Of a DNA stretch of 64,000 nt, positions 41,250-54,169 are shown one piece after another. Made by a program: the position numbers and the translations under genes. Origin of the DNA: Octopus vulgaris (taxonomy: Eukaryota); the NCBI GenBank assembly GCA_951406725.2, contig OX597816.1, forward strand, positions 84,072,001-84,136,000, given 5' to 3'. Every line of letters starts with the position of its first letter. Position 1 is the stretch's first letter. The notes below the pieces were generated by a model that saw only the letters and a program-made list of their open reading frames with translations, was not told the DNA's origin and ran no database searches.

Positions 41250-42010
41250 TACATGCACACGCTCACGCACACACATATGTATATACATATGTAGAATACA
41301 TATTACTATCATTCTCAATGGTCCTTAAACAGTGATAGCAATATCTTGCTTAATGAAGTCTTCGTTAATGAAAATTGAAGGTCTTTAGATACCTCAACGA
41401 TTCTTTTAGTTGACAGTCATGAATTCATGTGCTCCCACTCAGTTGACAATTTTAGCTCTATGTGTTTGCGTATGTGAATGTGCACATGTGTTTATGTGTG
41501 TGTACGTGAGTGTGCATGTGCGTGAAGGGTTATTGGCTACAATCTGAATAACGGTAGCGTTATTCGGTGCGACTAATAGTTTTAAATACCAAGAGAACTG
41601 CACAATAACTGAGGCACCTCTCCGCTGTTGTTGTAGTTGTTGTTGCTGTTTGAATCTAGATCAGCTTAAAAAAAATAAAGATATATGCATACTAAAGTCC
41701 TTACTGTGCCGTTTCTGTCTTTCCCCTTGAGCAGCATATTTTGTTTTGTTATGTTTTACGTTGTAATACTGACCTGAGGTACACCGACAGATCTACGGAA
41801 ATGATAATAAAGAAATAGGGGAATGGTTCCAATTCAGTGGTCTCTGCTCACCGCGTTTGTTAATTTGGTATATCTAGCAGTAAATATGTACCAGCCAGTA
41901 TAAATAACGGAGCTGTTGTATAAAGAATTGCTTTTTGATAAACAAAAACCATAACCGATGTGATTTTTAATGAATTAATGCTAATATTTATTGCCTCGAC
42001 ACAAGCATAT

Positions 42011-42056
<46 letters not shown>

Positions 42057-42859
42057 AATCTTTTCTACTTTAGGACCAAATGCCGAATTATCAACAAAAA
42101 CAGCAGCAACAACAATAATGATTTCAAATTTTGACACAAGGCCCACAATTTCGGGATAGGTGTTAAGTCGATCACATCGAACCCACTGATCAACTGGTAT
42201 TTATTTCATCGACCTGAAAGGATGAAAGGCAAGGTCGATTTCGACAGAATTCAGAACGTAATGTTGGAAGAAATGCCTCTAAGCATTTTGCTCGCTTGGT
42301 ACGAAGTTTGAAATAACAATACGGAGAGACGGAAGTAGATACTGTTGAGTATATAGTGTAGTGTCTTACCAAATGCTTGTATCTCTGAGATATTTTTGTA
42401 AATTAGCACCTTTTATTGGCTTGCAAGCATTTTTGTCATAAAGAAAAAAAGATAATCTTACATTTCATAACCCAGGATTTCTTTCTTTCTTTCTTACTTT
42501 TTTTCTGTTGGTACTTTTGTGTTCTCGTAAACTCCTGGGATTCTGTTAACTTGTAGATTTTCGTACGTTTAAAATTTTCTAATTATCTTTTATTTAGCTT
42601 TTTTCGCAAGCCTGCAGTCTTCGTAAGCTTCTAGTTATCCGTATTCAAGCAGTTTCTTTATTATAGAAATTCAATTTTTCATTAACTCGAGATGCTCAAC
42701 TTCAGTGAACCGTATAGTATCTCTAAGGTATTGAAATTTGTTTCTTTTACTAGGGCCCACTCTTACAATTTTCAGGGTCTCCAAACGTGCCGCTCACTTC
42801 GTCGGTCTATTTAACCACCGAGAAGAATGCAAAATTAACAAACACATCGCTGTAATTAA

Positions 42860-42945
42860 TACTGGAAATAATTCAGCATTTATAATCTATATACCACAAA
42901 ACAATGAAATTGCAATGGGTAGCCCTGCACAACCTGCAGCCTTTC
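42860..42945 (+). pseudogene. Possible highly decayed PLE RT motif
   Basis: NNSAFIIYIPQNNEIAMGSP resembles the PLE motif N.F.F...Y.Q..GIAMGSP. Confidence 0.3.
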
Positions 42946-43791
42946 GAAAAGTTTTGAAAATTTATAATCGTGCAGCCCGCCTGATGAGCCATGGTTTATA
43001 CGGTCCGCTTCTCGAAAAAGATTTTCCTTACATAAGGAAGTAAAGCATCTTAAACTGGTTGCCACATCTGCGCCTTGAAAGTCAAAATTGACTCGGACGG
43101 GATTTGAACTCAGAGCGAAATAAGTACCGCGACGTTTTCTGTCGTACGCCCTAATGACTCAGCCAAATCACCATGGTAGTTATTCTTCGTATGTAAACAT
43201 AACACATGCTTAACCTAGTATAAATAACAGTCAGATATGCATCGGATTATATCTTATTAGATAATGTAGATCTAGTCATATTAGGTCTGAAATCAGGTGG
43301 AAAGCAACAATGACAACAACAATGTTTCATTTAACTAGCAATTCCATCTTAAGACTCCACCACAATTTTCGCTTCTACTTCTCTAATCCACGACAAACCA
43401 AGGAAGGATATATTTGGTCACTCGACTAGCTAGAAATAGTAGTCAAATCTCTCTCAGATCAAACTTGGGGAAAATAGGTTTACTGGATAATGTAGGCAAA
43501 CAAAATGCTAGAAAGACGAGATGGTCGTGGGTCGACCGCTCTTGATCATAGTCCAAATTAGTCACGTTTAACGAAGGAGAAAAAGAATAGGAGGTAAACC
43601 ACCGCTACAGGATTACGCTCATTAACCGTGGCTACCTTCTCTAGAGTTGGTTTCACTCTGTATACTTACAAACAGATGGGATGATCATGGTTGGATTGCT
43701 TGTGAAGAAAAGCTTATTCGATTAGGGTAAAACCTGTCCTAATTCAATCACAAAGCAAGAATAACGGCAACGCCATTATCATACGACTAAA

Positions 43792-44005
43792 AAGGCGGCA
43801 AGCTGGTAGAATCGTTAGCACACCAGGCGAAATACTTAAAGGTATTTCGTCTGTGGGCTACGTTCTGAGTTCAAATTCCGCCGAGGTCGATTTTTCTTTT
43901 CATCATTTCGAGGTCGATAAAATTAAGTATCAGTTGCGTACTGGGGTCGATCTAATCAACTACCCCTCCTCGCAATATCAGGCCTTGTGCCTATAGTAGA
44001 AAGGA
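43792..44005 (+). mobile_element. Family A SINE
   Basis: aaggcggcaagctggtagaatcg...ggccttgtgcctatagtagaaagg. Confidence 0.8.
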
Positions 44006-44244
44006 TATGACAAAGTAATTATTAAAGTATTTAAAGTTATGCTAATCTTTATTAACTGGGATGGATGTGTCTGTAAAGCTATTAATATTTCATTTTCCGT
44101 TTAGTGCACAAACAACAAAAGAAAGGAGGCAAATTTAGCAATGATGTTGACACCATCAACTACAACATCAACAGTAAAGAACGGAGGAAAGGCAAATAAG
44201 AAAAGTTATTATAACGTTATAAATAAATCGTAATAATTCTCATT

Positions 44245-44281
<37 letters not shown>

Positions 44282-44345
44282 TCTTTCTCTGTTTCTCTGT
44301 AATACATATGCATATGTGTGTGTATGGATGTGTGTGTATAAATAG

Positions 44346-44389
<44 letters not shown>

Positions 44390-44422
44390 TATTTATACAC
44401 ACACAAACACACGCATGTATTA

Positions 44423-44498
<76 letters not shown>

Positions 44499-44740
44499 TG
44501 TATGTATGTATGTATGTATGTATGTATGTGTGCGTGTGTTTGCAGATCATATAAACATACATTAAATCATATAAATACATATATATTCATGCATACATAC
44601 ACATACTACTATTGTCCATTTCTTCCTTTTATTATTATGATATATATATATATATATATATGTAAACACATGTATGTATGTATATATATATATATGGGTA
44701 TGTATGTACACGTACATAGTTTTATGTAAATGTTCTCGTT

Positions 44741-44803
<63 letters not shown>

Positions 44804-45130
44804 GTCTGTCTGTCTGTCAGTTTGTCTGTCTGCCTTAGTGTCTGTTTGTATGTGTGTGCCGGTCTGTCTGTCTCTATGAATATAATGTCTCAAGAAATGG
44901 CGGTCAACGTTTATTAACAGACGGATGTTAATGAAAAATGACTGCCGGATCCATGACTTATTGCTTTAATAATGAAACAACATCATGTATGTCTTTGTGT
45001 GTGTGTGTATATATATACATATATATGCATCTGTGTGTGTGTGCGTGCAGAAATGTGTATGCATGCATAATCTACGTATATGTTTACATACACACACACA
45101 CACACACATATTATATTTGAATACGTGTGC

Positions 45131-45167
<37 letters not shown>

Positions 45168-45735
45168 AAATGAAAGAAGAACAAGACAACAGAACGCAAT
45201 ATAGAGAAGAAAAGGAAGGATTTCCTTGGAATGGCGACAGCTGATTGCTGTTTATTGCTGTCGTGAAACAGAGCTTTTTTTTATGATACTGTATCTTGTT
45301 GTTATTGCTGTTGTTATTGATAATATTCTGGCGGTTATTCTTTATCTTCTTCTTATTCTTGTTGTTTTGATGTTGATGTTGATGTTGACGATGACAATGA
45401 TGATGATGATCTCGCTAGCGTAGTTATTGCTTTATTGTTGTCGCTCTGTTGTTGCTGTTGTTGGTGTTATTATTGTTTCTAGTGAATAATGCTTTATGGT
45501 AGTCTTAACTATATTGTTGTCGTCTCTTTAGTTGATATTATTGTTGTTGTTGTTGTTGTTGTCGTTGTTGCTGTGGTTGTGACGCTTGTGGTTACCGCTG
45601 CTACAGTTTTGTTTTTGTTTTGTTTTGTATTATCTATTTTCCTCGTTATGACTTACTGTTGTTATGATGCTTCTGTTTTGTCGCTGCCATTGTTTTAGTG
45701 TTGATGTGGGTTGATACTGATTGAGAGATGGTGAC

Positions 45736-46385
45736 TCTTCTTCTTCTTCTTCTTCTTCTTCTTCTTCTTCTTCTTCTCCTTCCTTTTCTCAACTCCGTTC
45801 TTCTTACTCTACTTTCTTCTTCGCCTCCTAATCCTCTTCCTCCCTGTTTTCTCTTCCACACCTCCACTTCCTCCACCTTTTCATCCTTTGCCTCCCCCTC
45901 ACCTATCTTTCTTCTTCTTCTTCTTCTTCTTCTTCTTCTTCTTCTTCTTCTTCTTCTTCTTCTTCTTCTTCTCCTTCTTCTTCTCCTTCTTCTTCTTCTT
46001 CTTCTTCTTCTTCTTCTTCTTCTTCTTCTTCTTCTTCTTCTTCCACTTCTTCGTCTCTACCCCGTTCTTCTTACTCCACTTTCTCCTTCCCCTCCTTCTC
46101 CTCATCCTCTTTATTTTCTCTTCCACACCTCCACTTCTTCCTCTTTTGCCTCCTCCTTTTCACCTATTCTTGTTCCCTATCTTCCTACATCTTCTTTTTC
46201 TTCTTCTTCTTCTTCTTCCTCCTCCTCCTCCACCTCTATTTCTTACTCTTCCTCATTCACCACTTTTCCCACACCTTTCTTCTCTTACTCTTCTTGTTCT
46301 TCCTCCCCACCTCCCCACCTCCCCACCATCACATCCACCTTCTCTCCTCCTCCTTTCCTCTTCCTTCTTTACGCCTTCCCCTTTT
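45736..46385. repeat. Long polypyrimidine/polypurine tract with (CTT)n expansions and an internal duplication
   Basis: (ctt)n runs at 45736-45777 and 45908-46042, each followed by a related ccgttcttcttactc...ttctcttccacacctccacttc block. Confidence 0.9.
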
Positions 46386-46614
46386 AACTGTCTTTATCCT
46401 TATTAGTGTGGTGGATGTGGTCTGGGTTGAAGTTGTAACATATAATCATATTGTTATTAATATTTTTCTGTTTCATGGCAATAACCAATATTTGAATTCA
46501 AAATACAACATTTAAACACTAAAAACCTTTCCTCACTTTAGTTTCTATAGCCTATATCTTACGTGGGAGAACTTTTTACGCGTCACATTTTTCAGATCGA
46601 TACATATATGCTCC

Positions 46615-46990
46615 CATATTCTCTTACTTGTTTCAGTCATCTGATTGCGGCCATGCTGGAGCATCACCTTTAGTCGAACAAATCGACCCCAGGACTTATT
46701 CTTTGTAAGCCTAGTACTTATTCTATCGGGATTTTTTGCCGAACAGCTAAAGTTACGGGGACGTAAAGACACCAAGATCGGTTGTGATACGATGGTGGGG
46801 CACAAACACAGACAGACACACACACACATACGCACTCACACATATATACACGACGGGCTTCTTTCAGTTTCTGTCTACCAAATCCACTCACAAGGCTTTG
46901 CTCGGCTCGAGGCTATAGCAGAAGACACTTGCTGAAGGTGCCACGAAGTGGGACTGAACAAGTGGTTGGGAAGCAAGAATCTTACCACAC
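46615..46990 (-). mobile_element. Family B SINE
   Basis: cttgtttcagtcatctgattgcggcc...cttaccacac. Confidence 0.85.
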
Positions 46991-47001
46991 ACATATGTGT
47001 A

Positions 47002-47038
<37 letters not shown>

Positions 47039-47049
47039 AAGTATGTATG

Positions 47050-47092
<43 letters not shown>

Positions 47093-47255
47093 GTTATCGC
47101 CATACTAATATGGCATTCTTATAAAAATAAGAAAAAAGCTGTCCGCTTATTAGCTCCATGAGGCCATCGCCTTAAGTTAGCTATTTGATACACAAACTGT
47201 ATCCATATAACCTTCGAACAAGGGAGGTCAGTCGCTCCACACTACTTGACCGGCA

Positions 47256-47297
47256 GCTACAGACGCGTTTCAGGGTATTGCCCCTTTTCAATGCAGC
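47256..47297 (-). ncRNA. Type I hammerhead ribozyme, U3-A8 core variant (copy 1)
   Basis: Minus strand GCTGCA-TTGAAAA-GGGG-CAATA-CCCT-GAAA-CGCG-TC-TGTAGC; 6-bp stem I, extendable past a bulge by TGGCTGGC/GCCGGTCA. Confidence 0.75.
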
Positions 47298-47617
47298 GTA
47301 GCCAGCCAGTAGGTGTCGCTTCCGACAATCTCTGTTCGATGGTTTTATTTACCTAGTTTCGGTGGAATACATCCACTTGTTTTCAATAATAGAAATATTA
47401 AAATAACTAAGTCTCTCTAAAAGAGAACATCGGCAGCGTTCCCGGAAAATAATAGTTATCGCCATACTAATATGGCATTCTTATAAAAATAAGAAAAAAG
47501 CTGTCCGCTTATTAGCTCCATGAGGCCATCGCTTTAAGTTAGCTATTTGATACACAAACTGTATCCATATAACCTTCGAACAAGGGAAGTCAGTCGCTCC
47601 ACACTACTTGACCGGCA

Positions 47618-47659
47618 GCTACAGACGCGTTTCAGAGTATTGCCCCTTTTCAATGCAGC
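47618..47659 (-). ncRNA. Type I hammerhead ribozyme, U3-A8 variant (copy 2)
   Basis: As copy 1; stem II 3' strand CTCT turns one G-C into G-U. Confidence 0.7.
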
Positions 47660-47978
47660 GTAGCCAGCCAGTAGGTGTCGCTTCCGACAATCTCTGTTCG
47701 ATGGTTTTATTTACCTAGTTTCGGTGGAATACATCCACTTGTTTTCAATAATAGAAATATTAAAATAACTAAGTCTCTCTAAAAGAGAACATCGGCAGCG
47801 TTCCCGGAAAATAATAGTTATCGCCATACTAATATGGCATTCTTATAAAAATAAGAAAAAAGCTGTCCGCTTATTAGCTCCATGAGGCCATCGCCTTAAG
47901 TTAGCTATTTGATACACAAACTGTATCCATATAACCTTCGAACAAGGAGGTCAGTCGCTCCACACTACTTGACCGGCA

Positions 47979-48020
47979 GCTACAGACGCGTTTCAGGGTA
48001 TTGCCCCTTTTCAATGCAGC
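47979..48020 (-). ncRNA. Type I hammerhead ribozyme, U3-A8 variant (copy 3)
   Basis: Same as copy 1, but truncated just 5' of the proximal stem I by the inversion junction. Confidence 0.7.
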
Positions 48021-48232
48021 GTTCGAAGGTTATATGGATACAGTTTGTGTATCAAATAGCTAACTTAAGGCGATGGCCTCATGGAGCTAATAAGCGGACA
48101 GCTTTTTTCTTATTTTTATAAGAATGCCATATTAGTATGGCGATAACTATTATTTTCCGGGAACGCTGCCGATGTTCTCTTTTAGAGAGACTTAGTTATT
48201 TTAATATTTCTATTATATATATATACATATAC

Positions 48233-48273
<41 letters not shown>

Positions 48274-48297
48274 TATATAAATATAAATATACGCACG

Positions 48298-48335
<38 letters not shown>

Positions 48336-48438
48336 CACACACATTTAGTTTCCCGATTGTAAAATACCAAACACATTCGACGCTTACAAAGTTTGTTTAT
48401 AAAATGTCGTATTAGAATTGACGATAATTGTCGTCAGT

Positions 48439-48524
48439 GGCTCGTTTAGCTTAATAGTAGTGTATTTAGCCGTTATCTGAGGTGTACGGATTCGAATCCC
48501 GTAGTTGTCTGCTGGCAACTTTTT
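48439..48524 (+). pseudogene. tRNA-Asn(GTT)-like pseudogene or SINE head
   Basis: TAGCTTAATAGTAG A box, anticodon arm TTTAG-CCGTTAT-CTGAG, T arm ACGGA-TTCGAAT-CCCGT, T5 run at about 48520; acceptor stem poorly paired. Confidence 0.45.
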
Positions 48525-48610
48525 CCGTTTTATAAGGTTAACTTACCCAATTATTTCTGCTGTTTTCACAGCTATACTGCTTCGAAATTTACTTTCTCAA
48601 CTGTTAAATA

Positions 48611-48673
<63 letters not shown>

Positions 48674-49077
48674 AATATGAAGGGTTTATTTTACTGCTGA
48701 TCTAAACGAATAGGTACGCTGTTTAAGAGCTATAATTGGTCAACCGTTAGGTTCCAAGTTCACACCTGATACTGGAGCTGGGGATCCGTAGTAAGTTTCC
48801 AAGTTAGCAGGTATGTATTAAAGGAAAAAGGATAACATAACCAAGGTAGGACGTGTGTCTCAAGTCATTTGAAATATTTAATTAGCTGTGAACTCTCTGT
48901 CTAGAACTTTTTTACATACTCACCTTGTCTCTGACGACGGAATACTCAGTGTACGGAGAAGCTAACCATACATACATACATACATACATACATACATACA
49001 TACATACATACATACATACATACATGCATACATACATACATACATACATACGTATCTATATACATACACACACACAC

Positions 49078-49132
<55 letters not shown>

Positions 49133-49330
49133 TATATGGGTACAGGACGTCACAAAACGTAAACAACATGAAATACAAAGAAAAACTTTTGTATGTGAAC
49201 AACGAGAGAAACAAAAGGAAAATAAGACAAGTAACATAAAGAACGACCATTTATCAGTTGTCGGCTGTTTACCTACTCCACATTTCGAGCAATTCACGAT
49301 GAATTTGTGAAGTCTTTTACCCATGTATGC

Positions 49331-49394
<64 letters not shown>

Positions 49395-49407
49395 GTAAAT
49401 ATATGTA

Positions 49408-49447
<40 letters not shown>

Positions 49448-49516
49448 ATTTATATCATTATATGATTGAACTCAATGCATCCATTTCCAAGTATATATAT
49501 ATATATATATATATAT

Positions 49517-50390
49517 AATAAATTGATAAATAAAACATATGCATATATACATACATATATGTACGTACCTACCTCTACATGTATATATACATGCATATAT
49601 GGGTACAGGACACACAAAAAAACGTCGAACACAATGAGAAACGAAAACGTAAACACAAAACCAAGGAACTGGACATTTTTCTTAAACAACGAAAAAAAGG
49701 GTACAGGACAAATAACACAAGGAAAATTCCCCTTCTTCAGTCGCCATGGTTTCATCTACTCTGCGTTTCGAAGGTGAAGGCGATACGCATCTTCGATTGA
49801 AACTTTCCTTCCGGCGAAAAGCAAATTAAATAAAATTTGAGATCTTTTTGCGGAGGGGTAAAAATGGTAACAAAAACAGGACAGTAACGACAGTACAAAA
49901 TATAAACAGTAAAAGACATGACAAGGAGAATAACAAGACAAGAAGGGCTGTTAAGCCGAACGAGATAAAGTATTACGAAAGCTATTTTTGAGAACCGCGA
50001 AGGAGCAACAGAAAATGCCGTCTACACTTGAAAGAAGTCTGGTCAGAAAGACCGTAGCAGAACTCTCGTCGCGGGTCAACGACAGGAGGGAGGAGGAGAA
50101 GGAGCAAGAGAAAGGGAGAGAAAAAAATGGGAATGGTTGTAGAGAAAACCAGTAAGAATGAAAAATGAGGGAGAGAGAGAGGTGGGGAGACAGTAAGGTA
50201 GAAGAAAAAGAAAAGCCGAAAGAATGGAGTCTGAGAAAGGGAGGGGGACAGAAAGGTTAAGAGTGCGCATCATTATTAGTATTAAGAACAATCTTACTTA
50301 GAAATGGATGCGTGCGTTCCGTCATATAATAAATTAATAAATAAAACATATGCACATATACATACATATATGTACGTACCTACCTCTACA

Positions 50391-50392
<2 letters not shown>
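49517..50392 (-). mobile_element. Terminally redundant non-coding element (period about 811 bp)
   Basis: aataaatt(g/a)ataaataaaacatatgca...gtacgtacctacctctacatg at about 49517 and again at 50328; (TA)n on both sides; strand is inferred. Confidence 0.7.
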
Positions 50393-50459
<67 letters not shown>

Positions 50460-50676
50460 TCGTATACATACAAATTATGGGGATTTAGTTCACAGGTGAT
50501 CTAAACGATTAGGTGCGCTAGGTAACTGGTGTAACGGATTATTAGGGCTCCAAATTTATAGCTGAGACTGTAGTTATTGAGCCATTGCAGATTTTCGAAG
50601 CAGCGGATATATAATTGTCAAACATGACAGCAAACATCTCAAGTTGTATACACTATTATTATTGGAAAATTTCAAA

Positions 50677-50732
50677 ATCTTACAGCTGTTTCTGGGATAT
50701 ACCCGAGTATGGGATATTCCATCATCAGAGAC
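50677..50732 (-). ncRNA. Type I hammerhead ribozyme with canonical core
   Basis: Minus strand GTCT-CTGATGA-TGGAATATCCC-ATACTC-GGGTATATCCCA-GAAA-CAGCTG-TA-AGAT. Confidence 0.75.
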
Positions 50733-50979
50733 AAATAGGGAAAAAATAGTGAGATAACGACATAAATGAGATGACGACATAGAGGAAACAAATAAGGAAA
50801 TGGAAAGAAAGAAGAAAAAGAAGCATAAAAGTTCATAGTTCAACTTTCCGAAGTTATAGAGATCAGAGCATCAGCCCTTAGGTGCAATCCTGCATAGATC
50901 CATGGGACTTGAAATCCTGATATAGTTGACGACTTGAGATGTTTGCCTTGGCTTAATGTTTGCTAGCCTGTTTAACAAT

Positions 50980-51020
<41 letters not shown>

Positions 51021-51207
51021 TTCGTTGTGCTTATTGTCCTGTATCTCTCTTTTTTTTTGCCTGTCTTGTTCCTTGCTTTGTGTCTATGTTTTTCGTCTCT
51101 CTATGTGTTCCACGTCTTTTTGGTGTCCTGTACACATATATGCGTGTATATGTACATGTAGAGGTAGGTACGTACATATATGTTTATATATATGCATATA
51201 TTTTATT

Positions 51208-51242
<35 letters not shown>

Positions 51243-51353
51243 AAACAACCAATATAAGTCTTAATTTATAAAACAAAGTTCAATAAATCTCATCAAATAA
51301 AATGAAATGAAGCAGACAGGATGTTAAAATGGATTATGCTTTTATTTCATATT

Positions 51354-51434
51354 CCCAGACAATTTTTTCGGACAAAACGATCAAGATTTCCATCAAAAGA
51401 ATATCACAAAGGTCGAATTTGTACTCTTCAGTAA
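51354..51434 (-). ncRNA. Decayed type I hammerhead motif
   Basis: Minus strand TTA-CTGAAGA-GTACAAA...TTTGTCC-GAAA-AAATTG-TC-TGG; one change from palindromic ACAATTGT; weak stem I. Confidence 0.45.
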
Positions 51435-51742
51435 CTGAGATTTAAAGGAAAATAAAAATAAACAAAAAGACTTTTAAAATATACATAGAAATTTTTCTTA
51501 GTTATAATTATTATTTATGTATTTGTATATTCATACTTCCACACACAATTATTTGAATCGATACTAAAAAAATTAAAGGACTTGGCTGCTTAAATATCTA
51601 ATATTTAATTATTGACTTCCTCGCTATTAAATCCGATATCTATCTATCTCAGAAGAAAATACATTAGAAATCTATGGAATAAAATCCTATTAAAGGACGA
51701 AGTATAATTCATCCTGATATATATATATCCACACACACACGC

Positions 51743-51809
<67 letters not shown>

Positions 51810-52001
51810 ATATGTATGTATACATTATCACAATCCCCTTCCTATTTCTATGTGCCTGCGTTCATATTTTGTCGAAGTTTATGTATGTGTCAACCTATAT
51901 GCGCACACACACACGTACATAGACATATACTCCTATATACATATATACATCAACATCTACATATACATACATACATACCTATTATATATATATATATATG
52001 C

Positions 52002-52044
<43 letters not shown>

Positions 52045-53230
52045 TGTATATATATATATATATGCATGTATGTATTATACATCTGTGAGTGTGTGTGTGT
52101 GTGTGCATGTGTGTGTGTGTTTGTGTATGTTTGTGTACAAATATATACATACGGACCTGCGAGCACACGGTAAATGGAGACACACACATACAAGAAAACC
52201 GAGAGTGTTTACATAGGTACGTATGTGTGACTAAAACAAACATTGCGGGTCGATGTAATTTTAAATAGTGTATAAAAGTACAGATAAGAAGACCTATTGC
52301 TAGATCGTGATGGCGGTGGTGGCTGTGGTGGTGGTGGTGGTGGTGGTGGTGGTGGGGACGGTTGTGGCACCGTAGCATTAGCATGATGCGGAGGGAGGGG
52401 TTGAAATGATGGGACTTGATGTCTTCAGTTTAGACCACCGGCGTGTGAAAAGTATCTCCGTTAAAACAGTTATTTCTCGTGGTCTTTCGTGTGACTTTTA
52501 GATGACGATATCAGAATGAAAACATTAATTTGCGAAGTCGGTGTAGGAGTGGTTGTAGGAGTAGTTGTATTTGTAGTTGTAGTTGTAAGAGTAGGATTTA
52601 GTCGAGGAACAAGAGAAGGAAGTGTTCAGTAAGACGGGGTCGTGGTTGTGGGGGTTGCAAATAAGTAAGTAAATGTACAAACATAATGAGGCTATAGTGA
52701 TATGTTAACAGTGAACAGCAGCTTAGAAATGATTATCATATTGCTCATGAGATATTGATAAACTGGTAAATGGATAAATGATAGGGGCTTAAATATATAG
52801 AGATGATTAACTTTGACTTTCCTTAGCATTATCTTTTTATCAATGATTTGCTTCAGTCATTGGAATGCAGCCGTGCATTCCATTAAGGTTGGTTCGTTCA
52901 CAAACTTAAATTTTTTTCCGAACTGCTAAGTTATAGGGTCGTAAACAAACAATAACCGGTTCTTAAATGATTTGGGGCGGGGGTAGCGGATCGAACACAA
53001 ATAGACACATTCACACACACATATACATACCGCAAAGCGATATATATAGGGAGAGTTTACGAAAAAAAAGACGAAGACAGGTGGTGTACAAAACAAACAG
53101 ATGTATTAGTATAACGCTCAGGAATAGAAAAGGTCCTTTACGTTTCGAGCCTACGCTCTTCTACAGAAAGGGACACAGAAAAAACAAGGAGAGAAAAATA
53201 TGTGTAGTGGCTAACGATCTATCATGGCGA

Positions 53231-53279
<49 letters not shown>

Positions 53280-53437
53280 CTATATATACGATGAGCTCCC
53301 TCAAAACCTCTCGGGCTTATAGTAGAAAACACTTGATTGAACCCGAAATGAGCTTCTTAACTAAATAGTTATGTCTACGCCTGCTTAACCACACAGCGAT
53401 AGACAAAATTCGTATTTCCTGCTGTGTTTAAAACCTA

Positions 53438-53657
53438 TTTTTTTCTGCCCACAAGAGGCTACACACAGAGGGGACAAACAAGGATAGACAAACGGATTAA
53501 GTCTATTATATCGACCCCAGTGCGTAACTGGTACATATTTAATCGACCCCGAAAGGATGAAAGCAAAGTCGACCTCGGCGTAATTTGAAATGAGAACGTA
53601 GCGACAGACGAAATCCTGCTAAGCATTTCGCCCGGCGTGCTAACGTTTCTGCCAGCT
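53438..53657 (-). mobile_element. Family A SINE
   Basis: ctgcccacaagaggctacacacagagggg...tttctgccagctc. Confidence 0.8.
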
Positions 53658-54169
53658 CTGAAAAGGTAATCAGATAGGAAATGAAAAATTTCAGTGAGTT
53701 AGCTAAGGGAAAATTTCGAAAAATGACGACGATACAAATGGCGGTAGATTCTATGCTTTAAGTCGACTGTCGAAAGTACCTCTATACGTCGGTCTTGCAG
53801 AATCCTTAGCTAATCATAGTCATCTTCTATTGAGTTGACCAGAATTAGAAGTGTCTGGTACATGTAGAAATGCTAGGAATGTAATGATGATGATCATAAA
53901 CACCACCAACAAGTCTGATATATATAGGCCAGTTACGTTAGATCTGAGACTAAGCAACAAGCAACGGTAACGTCATCATTATTGACAATATGAATAATAT
54001 CAGTAACAATGGTTTTAGCCCTTCGTTGCCATCAGCACTATGATCTTATTTCACCACTGCCGCCATATTTATGTTAGACCTTCAACTCTTGCGGTAACAT
54101 TGCAGCAACAACTATAAAGAAAGCGAGAAACCATCAACCATATCAGAAGGTCGTGACTACATCTGCTAT

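Larger units (their letters stand above)
47087..48216 (-). mobile_element. Tandem 362-bp HHR-containing repeat (about 2.6 units) plus inverted segment: non-LTR retrozyme or PLE pLTR array candidate
   Basis: aatagttatcgcc at 47089, 47451 and 47813 (period 362), units nearly identical; 48021-48216 is an inverted piece of the unit; (TA)n on both sides; no long ORF. Confidence 0.85.

Noticed and set aside
42980-43030. CTGATGA...GAAA on the plus strand
   Set aside because: No convincing stem II, stem III or stem I pairing; treated as a chance core match.
45728-46406. 219-aa poly-Leu and 172-aa poly-Phe ORFs
   Set aside because: Stop-free by-products of the (CTT)n/pyrimidine tract.
47087-48020. 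Tandem arrays (also 61046-61260) as CRISPR-like repeats
   Set aside because: Whole units repeat with no unique spacers; eukaryotic context and no cas genes.
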